A stretch of DNA of 64,000 nucleotides from Marsupella aquatica (Eukaryota; Plantae; Marchantiophyta). Below the pieces are notes generated by a model. It made no database searches. It was not told the DNA's origin and saw only the letters and a program-made list of their open reading frames with translations. Location: NCBI GenBank assembly GCA_973895155.1, contig OZ316896.1, positions 5,407,303-5,471,302 of the forward strand, written 5' to 3'. Shown here piece after piece: positions 50,805 to 59,905 of the stretch. Every line of letters starts with the position of its first letter. The stretch's first letter is position 1. The translations under genes were made by a program, and so were the position numbers.

Positions 50805-53800
50805 TCACAATTCTGCAGATTCAGATTCGGAACCAGAATCTGTACTCTCGGATTTGTCCGTGGACACAGCCTCATCATCTACGTACTAGCTGCGGGAGAA
50901 GTCATCAACATAAGGATGTTTAATGAACTTCCTGTCAACACCCCTTCGTAACCAAAGACCTTTGTTTCCCAGCAAAGCGTCCTTGTACTCTCGGCTTTCC
51001 TTGCGGCTTTCTCTGCATAGGAGGGAAGAACAAAAGGTTTTTCTGGTGTTTCTATGTTGTGTCTAGCAACCCTCCTTCGCAGTTTGAAACGTCTCCTCGC
51101 ATTCCACTCTGACCTGATGAAACGAAATCCAGCAAGTTAGGTGCCTTTCTCCAAAACAACACATAAATGTTATAAATTGATGGGAATGGAGAAAGAAGCT
51201 TACGAGTTTATGAACATTACTTGGAAGAGTCATCGCTATCGATTTCATCTGGAGATCCACGAGGTTCTTCCTTTTCCTCCTCCGAGTCCCCTGTACCTTG
51301 TGTCCTCTCCATCTCCACCTTGACTGGACTCATCATCAGAATCAAAATTGAGTACCGACTGAAGCTTATCTTGCTTCTTTCTGTTAGCAGTAGGAACAGG
51401 TGGAGGTAAAACCGCAATCTCTTTGGGAGACAACAAATCCATGAAAACCTTCAAAGCGGTTTCAATAAATTCTTTTTTATGTTCTATCCCAAGCACAAAC
51501 CTCCCGGAGAAGTCTCCAGCAATGAAGGAGCTTCCAGCCCCAGCGGTCCAATCCATAAAAATATCACAAGGTTGGGTGACAAGCTCAATGACAGATTGCA
51601 TAAACCCGACAGACAGGCGAGCATTTCCAGCAAACTCCATTTGCGAGAATGGATTGGATTTGAGAGAAGGGAGTCCGATCAAATTGGTGACCGAGGGGTC
51701 CTCACTGATGGAGAGTGGACGGAATTTAGGGTCTTTGGGAATTTTACATTTCCCATTAATTCGACCAAATATGTCCAGCCTGGGGGTAAACATCTGCGGA
51801 AAGCAATCCCAAGTGTTAGCTGGCAACTCCAGGTTACACGAGTTTTAACTCAAAACGCGATATAGTTAAGAGTAGATAATTACCTGATGGTCTATCTTTG
51901 CCGCGTACATCGGGACAGACATTACAACATTATGCGTGCATATGCACTGAAATTTTCTCGACTCCTGACAGGCAGCAATGACTTGAGACATGGGATCATA
52001 CTCCCCATTGTGTAGAATTGCAAGAAACCCATCATCTGATAGAAATGGATCCATGGATTTGAAAAAAGATCTAGCCATGGAGTGATCTGGAGTGTTCCAT
52101 TTAGGAACCTTCTTATCTATGATCGTTGGTTTGAACCCGGTCGGTAGGTAAATGAAACCCGCATCCACTCCAAAAAATCTTTCTTTTCCGCCCGGCACAA
52201 CACCCTTCTCTTTATATCCCGACTTAACGAGATCCTTCCCCACTTCTCCACATTACTAACCCATTCAGGTTTTTCCCCCTTGTTGAAAGTCGAGTCAAAA
52301 AATTCGGATAGGCTTGTCTCAACCATGGCATGACGAGACACTCTAGTTTTGAAGTTTACAACTTCATGTTGGACACCAAATGCTGCAACACTCTCCCTTG
52401 AAGAAGGTCCATGTACATTCGATAGCTCTCTTTCATTTCTTCCTGGTACTTGTGGCGTCGACCGGAACTATTACCTTCCCCTTGTCGACAAGAGTAATGG
52501 GGTCCGATCGAGCTCCGATGTTTGCTTCAGAAACTTCAGGTGTAGCATCCACTTTAGTATCTCCTATTCCCGCAGTATTAGACTTCCTCCCTCCTAAATT
52601 ACCAATAGGTCCAAGTTAGAATAAGTAAATCCCGAGTATTCAAACAAGCTAGCGCCAAGTGCTAACCAAATGCAAATCACTTAGGTTTCAACAAAGGCCT
52701 AAGAATCTAGAAAGAAATGTGAATTCGCATGACAGTTCTAGCCAGCGCCAGGCGCTGGCCAAATTATGGAACACTATACTCACTTTTCCTCCTAGATTTT
52801 GTTGACTCGCTTGGTGTTGCTAACTCTGCTTTTGCTTTTGCTTGAGGTTTGCGACTTCGGTCCACATGAACAATAGTTGTTTCACAGATACTTTGCAAGT
52901 CTATGGCAGACTTGTCTACATTGTCTAGCAGGCCTTGCTTCATGTCAAACACAATTTTTGCTGATATGTGGGACTTTGAAAGCTTATGGAATGCATCTTT
53001 CTCCCTTTGATCAAAAAGAGAATCCCATCTATCTATATCTAGATACCAGGGGCAGTGAGTTCTCTCCCATTCTGTCATAGGTCTCGGAGGAAATATGCCC
53101 TCCGCTGGGTACATGGAGTACAAATCAGCTATGGCGTCATCCTCACTTATTGTAATCCACTTCATGAAAGCTGCAGGATATGCCCTGAAGTAATCAGGTT
53201 TGGTTACCTCCATGTGCATGTAGAACCTGTAAAGATACCTTTTAGCCCGCTTCTGGTTTTTCTGGGTGTAGTCTTCTTTGTCTGGATACTTTGAAGGCCA
53301 CATAGTGTGAAAGAACTTACTCTTCATAGAATCACCATATCTCTTGAATTCATTTGTAACAAACTGAACGAGATCATCAAACGAACCACAATTCCACTCT
53401 TCTAATCTAGTCGCGGGCATCGTCTGCTCTACTTCACGCAGACATGAATGTAACATGCCGACAACAATTCCCTCTACACTATTCCAAGTGATCCAAGTAT
53501 GACACCATTGTTTGACTGGGTCGTTGTTAACACTTGTTGGGTGGAAAAATTATCTCCGTAGCTCAGGATTGCAATATGCCACAAGTAGGATGCTTTGCAA
53601 CTTTGGGTCTAGGGCAAAAACAATAGTGAACAATCGGGCGCGGTCCATTGTACATACGACGGTGTCAGGCTTCTTCTCTCTCTTGTTTCTCTCTGACAGC
53701 ATACATTTATGCACATGTACTGAGAAAATCTTCAAATTCAGGACTTAACAAGGGCATGATTTTTGAAGACTTCACTGCCCAGTCTTTGGTTGCATCCTTC

Positions 53801-55048
53801 ATCATGGCCGCATGCCATTTGGAAATCTCGTCCACTGACCAGGGACTCCCTTGAGCCTCGGCTGCCTCCATGTCAAGCTTGAATTGGTGCGAATAGGACC
53901 TTAATTATCTTATTCTCACATAGAATGTAAACAAGAGCTACTTGTGGCATCTTCTTTGTATACCATGACCCCTTCCAAGTCTTCAGCCGAATGCTCTCAA
54001 ACTTCTTGAAATTGGCCGGGTCAATCAGTTTACTGTAATACTCAAGGTCATGCGCCAGAATTTGTTTGATTCTATCTGCATCAAGGATCCAGGATGGCTC
54101 AACAACGGCTTGGCCAAGCCTACACAAAGAGACGCAGCGAGTTAGAGTCAAAGTACAATTTATCTATAACCAGCGTCGAGCGCTCTTAAATAGAACACTC
54201 GCAAGATTCAAAGAAGGAACTGGAAAAGAACGAGAACTTACTGATTCACGGTGTGCATAGCTACCTCAATTTCAATAAGAGATCCCTTAAATATTGTGCA
54301 GAGCACTCGAGGATGGTATTTTGGATTGTTTGGGTTCTCCTCGGTAACAAGCGTCCATGAGTACAGCCTGTGATTTCCATCAAAGACAGAACATCTTATC
54401 TTTCAACACGAGAAAATCTAGGTCGGCCTTGCATTCAGCCTCAAACTTCTTGTTCTCCAATTGCCAAATTGGATCCCATGAATCACAAATCTCCTGGGTA
54501 CAGGTCAGAACAATTCCATTCTCATCCGTTGGCTGCACATAGAAATGCATTCCTATGGATGAATTGTAACCCATACTGCGAAACGAGTCTTTCAGCTTCT
54601 CGATGGAAGAGCTGTCTTTGTGCAAAGTACGAACCACCTCCATGTGAACCAATTGGCATAAAGGGATTCAAGGCGGCTCCTTGTCAAATCCACGAGAATC
54701 CTTTCCAAAACACATGACGTGTTTTGAGATGAGATCAGTCTTCGCGAGCGCGCAGTTTGAAACATCCTGGATCGCAATCGTGTCGAGGTTCTCCATCTTT
54801 CTACGCAGAGATTTAGGAACCAAAACAACGCTAATAGAAGTAGGAGGCAACAATTTTGTGGAACAAGTTACACGACGTGTATAAACTAAACTAGTAAACA
54901 AAGACTGCAAGGATTCAGAATAAGCTCGCTCCTGGTCAGGAAGTGCACTATACCCTCTAGATGAAGAGGGGAATACCTCCATCATCTTCCTTCCAGAAGC
55001 GTACAAACTATCGTACAATGAAATTATGCACCTCTTATCAACTCTCAA
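50805..55048 (-). pseudogene. MULE cargo gene: ParB/Srx-like N-terminal domain, helical region, beta-class N4C/N6A DNA-methyltransferase-like domain, acidic tail; intron-containing and frameshifted
   Basis: IEKLKDSFRSMGY...VFDGNHRLYSW (54381-54367). Motif-IV-like GVDAGFIYLPTG...W...FLSDDGFLAI precedes motif X/I/II-like RLSVGFMQSVIELVTQPCDIFMDWTAGAGSSFIAGDFSGRFVLGIE. GT-AG introns at 54120-54241, 52594-52783 and 51794-51883 are phase-consistent. Confidence 0.7.
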
Positions 55049-55790
55049 CGTGTAATATATTCTAGAAGGAGGGTGGAGTTTAGCGGAACTCTTCGATTAA
55101 AGCGAGAAGCTGGTAAGTTTGGTGGATTCCAATGTATGTTTGCGGAGAACTTAATTAGCTAAATCAAGCGGTAGAAAAAGCGTAACACACACGGAACTCA
55201 TAAGTTACCGTTAAATGCTACCGTTATGACCGTTTTCCTCCCTCACTTGGAATACTAGCGCCGGGCGCTATTATAAACACCTTCCCCTTGAGTAGATAAT
55301 TGGGATGATTGTCATGGCAGAGCCCGGCGCTAGTAAAAACAACAGCTATAAAATAGGTCTGCAATGGTGGCTCTAGTACATAAATTTTGTCAAAACAACC
55401 CCCATATTTAAGGAAATGTCTATTGTTTTAATGGTTTTTGGGAAACATTACTTGCATCCTATACTAGCGCCCGACACTAGTGAAAACTAGAATTTTTCAT
55501 CCATAATTCTGAAAGAATTCACATTTTCATTGACCATTTAAATCCAATTACCTCATAGTATTGATGTATATTCGGTGAGTTTTTTCTATACTAGCGCCAG
55601 GCGCTAGTATGGAATATCGAGATTTGGGGCACATTATGTTTAAGGTATTTTAGTTAGCGCCAGGCGCTACTCAAATTGTTCCGACTATGCAATATCTTAG
55701 GGTCGGTTAAAGATTTTTGTGGTGTCTTTTTTGGCAGTATGTATGCGTCTGACATCTGGACTTATTGGGGAAAAACAACAAAATTCATTT
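55049..55790. promoter_or_regulatory. Divergent intergenic region with five TAGCGCCnGGCGCTA-type palindromes
   Basis: Copies at 55253-55273, 55319-55331, 55462-55482, 55588-55610 (perfect 23-bp) and 55655-55669 lie between the two head-to-head genes. Confidence 0.6.
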
Positions 55791-57539
55791 ATGGCGCCAA
55801 CGGATCCTATGTCGACTATGTTTTATGTCTTATACAAACGGATCTGTTAACGTGAAGTTCCTAGGTTCGACAAATATAAGCTCCATATTCCCATAGACTT
55901 TTCTTCCTCGAAACATTACAGCCCTCGATATTTGTTTTCGATTGCAATGTCTCGGTCCAACGTTCTATCCCGATTTGGGACTGGGGATATTGTGACCATC
56001 CCCGTCCTTGTGCAAGACACGTACAAGCAGGTCCAGGATAGATACCTTTGCGGGAGATTTGATTTGAAGATGAATGATATTGAGGCCATTGATCGAGAGC
56101 TTGAAACCAGTGATGACATCGAAGATGTTGCAACATTCAATGTGGATGATGGTGAACAGTTTTGGCATCTATATGCAAGGATTTTGTACTCACTTTGAGT
56201 AAGACAACATGAAGGACTATCCAGTGTCTCCCAAGTTCCATTTGATGTTGTCGAGATTTCTTTTAGTGAAGATGGAGATCACACTCCAAGTCCTATGTTG
56301 AAGATGAAAGTCCCGCAACATGCTGTCATTAAAGGTGAGACTCCAGGAAGCTCCAACCAGTTGGAGGTCGTGTATTGGTGGAGTGCAATGGATACGTTAC
56401 TCAAATCCACTGGTCATAGCGAGTTATCAAGGTTCATATCAGCGGGTTATTTCAGACATGAGCAAGTCTCCTGTCTGCCAACTAAGTATAATGGGAATGT
56501 CGTGTTTGAATTGCCACCGATTGACAAGATGCTCTCTAAAGGCTCTAGGCTTAGGGACATGGACCGTGCCAAAGATTGCTACATTTGGACACGCATATTT
56601 CCAACTACCATGAACGTTCAGCCAAAAAAACTTTGGCAATTCGGTAAGGTTACCTGTACGGGATTTATTGAATGTTAGAACAAGTCCTGCGAGTACTTCC
56701 AAAGGAAGAAGAAGGCAAATGCTAAGGCATGGCAGGGTACTCCAAAGCTTAGTGGGCAATATGTTGTCGGATCTTTTATCGAAGAGGGCGGTCTTGTGTG
56801 TCATTATTGTGATCAGATTCCTTTTTGTGTCAAGTACTGCCCTGCCCGTTTGTTCTATATGTACCCGCAAGTATTACTTGATGCGGAAACATGTAGTCAT
56901 ATGTCCCGCCTGGCGATTCATATAGGTGAGCATAACCATCCAGGTAGAAAAACCTTCTCTAGGAGTGCGGAGAAGATGGCTGAGGATTTAATTTTAAAAA
57001 ATCATGAAGCCAATCCTCTGGCAAAACCAGCTGGGATCTTGAATTATGCTACAAGGTCCATAGTGAAAGCTCTCTGCGAACATGTTGACGACATGGTCGA
57101 TATTGAAGAAACTGAAATATGGAAGTCTCTGATGGTACTTTCCACTCCCCAGAAGTTTGCATCTCTTTGTCGGAGCGTTAGGATAGACCAAAAGGGTCGG
57201 GGTGAACTAGATTTTCTCTTGCAAATGCAGAAGAGGATTAACCTGTCATTTCTCCAGAGGTATTTTCTCCCGGGTCAGGGATGTCAAGACAACAGGCCTC
57301 ACATCTTTAAAATGATCACAAAGGGTCACGGTTCCGGTGTGGATCTTTTGAGACAGATGCAACCGGGTGGAAGACTCGAAGGAGCCTGGGTCAGTTTCGA
57401 TGTGATGCAGCGTATCACAACCGATTGGTTTACTTTTAGCGTGCATGTCTACGACCATAACTTCCGTGCACTTTGTACAATTTTCACATGCAAGTTGAAA
57501 GGTGAAGACACTGAGTCTTTCGAAAAGGCTTGGAGAGTT

Positions 57540-59905
57540 TGTGACGCCGATGACATGGTCCTTATTCTATAATCTGAGTAAGTAGGTTGCTGTATGCAAG
57601 GAGTAGCTATTGATATTGCATAACAATTAGCAAGATGGCAAGAACAAGGGCAATCATGGCGTTGAGTAGGGAAATAAAAGCTATGTCGCGGGTGGTCGGC
57701 GACCATATCTCTTTCAATACGTCACCAAATCCAGATCTGTAAAGAGCATTGGAAAGATCTGGTCAAGGCGAGTAAAATTGATATAAAACACTTGAGAAAC
57801 AGAGGTGTATTAAGAAAGATACGACCTGATTAGTGTGACAGGTTAACTTGTGGCCAGAATGAGCGGATTCGGTTTCGGGTTAACCTAAGCTGAGGCTACG
57901 GCTTAGCTTATGAGAGCTCGGATTCAGCTTAGCTCAGGTCAACACGGCTTCAGCTTAGCTCAGGTCAGCATGGCTTCAGCTTAGGCTTAACCCGGGTTCG
58001 GGTTATATTGAGCCCGGGTTAGACTGAACTTCGATTAACCTAAGCTCGGGTTTGGGCTCAGCTTAGCCTAGGTTAGCGGATAGCGGGTAGCGGCCTAACC
58101 CGAGACCATGGGTTAGCTCTACTCGGGTTAGATAGGATAGCTAGGTTAGCCAAACTCGGGTTAGCTATGTAACTCGGGTTAGCGCAGCAATGAGTACCCT
58201 CTCTCGGTTGTGGGGGCATAACTCTCTGTGTATTTGACCAAATTGGCTATAATTGACCTCGTTGGAAAGAGAGCTCAAGCCGCTTCCAACGCTGCTATCC
58301 ACGCTGAAAATGGTTGAATAGAGAAATCGGGAGAGGAGGCGCAAGCTCGCAAAAACCATGGAGGAGGGCCAAATCCGAAGTACATAGCCAATTCGAGATA
58401 GAAATAAAGTTGCAAGTTAGGGTTCAGTAGTTAGAGATAGTGGCGGCTCTGTTAGGGTTGGGATGGGGCTCCAGCAACGTAGTATCCACCGATTTGGGCT
58501 CAGTATGAGAGTATATAGAGCAGCCCCCGGTAGAGGCAAGGGGGGGGAACTTCAGTTGTGTGATCTCACTTGGATTGAGCAGCAGGGAGGAGCTCTGTGC
58601 AAGGAAGGCTGGGCTTGGAAGCTGTGTGTTGGGGAGAGCTTGGTTGTGCTATTACTCAGGGAGTAATCAGCCACGCTTCACAGCAACAGTTGGCCAGGTT
58701 TGCAAGCTGGATTGTGGCTCTTTCTAGTAGGCAACACAACTGGGTTCTTTCCCCCAATACAAAGCCTTGGTGATAGGTGACGTGTTGGTGATTGTAAACT
58801 GTGGGGAGGATTTCAATGTGATTTGCGTTGAGCACATTAGGGAGGCTGAGATACTGATTGAGGGGCAGCAGGAGGAGCATTTACAGTTTAGTCTGGCAAG
58901 GCTACGTGATCCATGGGGAGTCCCGGCCTTTGTTTGGTAGAGAGCACTAAGGGATTTATGGCCAGAGCTGAGCTTGCAGGGCAAGCATGAGGTCGGGCCT
59001 CATTGTAGTCTGGGGTAGATCGCCGTTAGGCCTGGTGCCAACTTTGAAGTCAAGTCAACTGTGCATGCGTAACTTGACATTCTGAAGTGGAGGTGTGAGA
59101 TCTGTATGTGCCCCCAAGAATGAAGTGCAGTGAAGGAGGTTGAGTTCAGGATTGAGTTTGCAAGGCAAGTACGGGATTGGTTCGAGTCCAATCTGCCATT
59201 GCAATCTGGAGTGAGTCGGGCTGAGGGTCAGGATTGAGCTTGCAGGGCAAGCACGTCGCAATCTGGAGGAGACAGCCTTCGGGCCTATTGTTCGGATCAA
59301 GTGTTCTCAATGAACTATTGTGCACATCTTTGAATCTAACTGAGTTTTCCTCTCAGGCCTCATTTCTCTCATGGATGTGTATGTGTGAGAGGCAATCTGA
59401 GTGTATGATGGGACTAGCAGGGCCACTGAGAGGTGTACCGGGTGCATTGAAGTGGGTTGGGTGAGGGCTGTCACAGCTCTGATTGCTGAGAGTGGAATGC
59501 CAGAGTGGTGGGGCAATGGTTTAGAAGTCCCTAAGCCGGGAATCAGTTAGGAGTCACTGGTTTATGGGTACATTCCGGCAACGAAATAGAAATATATCTA
59601 TGACAGTAAGCATACGTATAGACATATGCACACCATAGCACTAGGCCCTGTGTGTATGGGCCCGACATGAAGACCCCTTCTCACCAGAACTATCATGAGC
59701 ACAGGATGTGATTCCCAACCTTGGTTCTTAGGGATTGAGCTTGGGTGATGTGTGACGGAGTCTTGCTATGATAGTCTGGTGTTAAGGGCATAAACTGGTG
59801 TTTACCGGCCTTACAACATCCCTTCGTGATCCTCAGGTACAAGGAGATGGTTTTGGCACCCATAGTGACGTTTTTGGTGTTAAGACCCATGTCAATCGCG
59901 TGACA
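57540..59905. mobile_element. Solo-LTR-like insertion D (2366 bp) inside the transposase
   Basis: Imperfect terminal inversion TGTGACGCCGATGACATGG ... CCATGTCAATCGCGTGACA; 5-bp TSD gagtt at 57535-57539 and 59906-59910. Excision restores AWRV-MIEV in frame. Confidence 0.9.
57865..58182. repeat. Low-complexity ttagct/cgggtt array inside insertion D
   Basis: Repeated cgggtt, ttagct and ttaacc motifs. Confidence 0.75.

Noticed and set aside
50805-55048. Bacterial contamination or chimeric assembly as the source of the ParB/MTase motifs
   Set aside because: The gene has phase-consistent spliceosomal introns and lies within a TSD-bounded MULE nested in a plant copia element.
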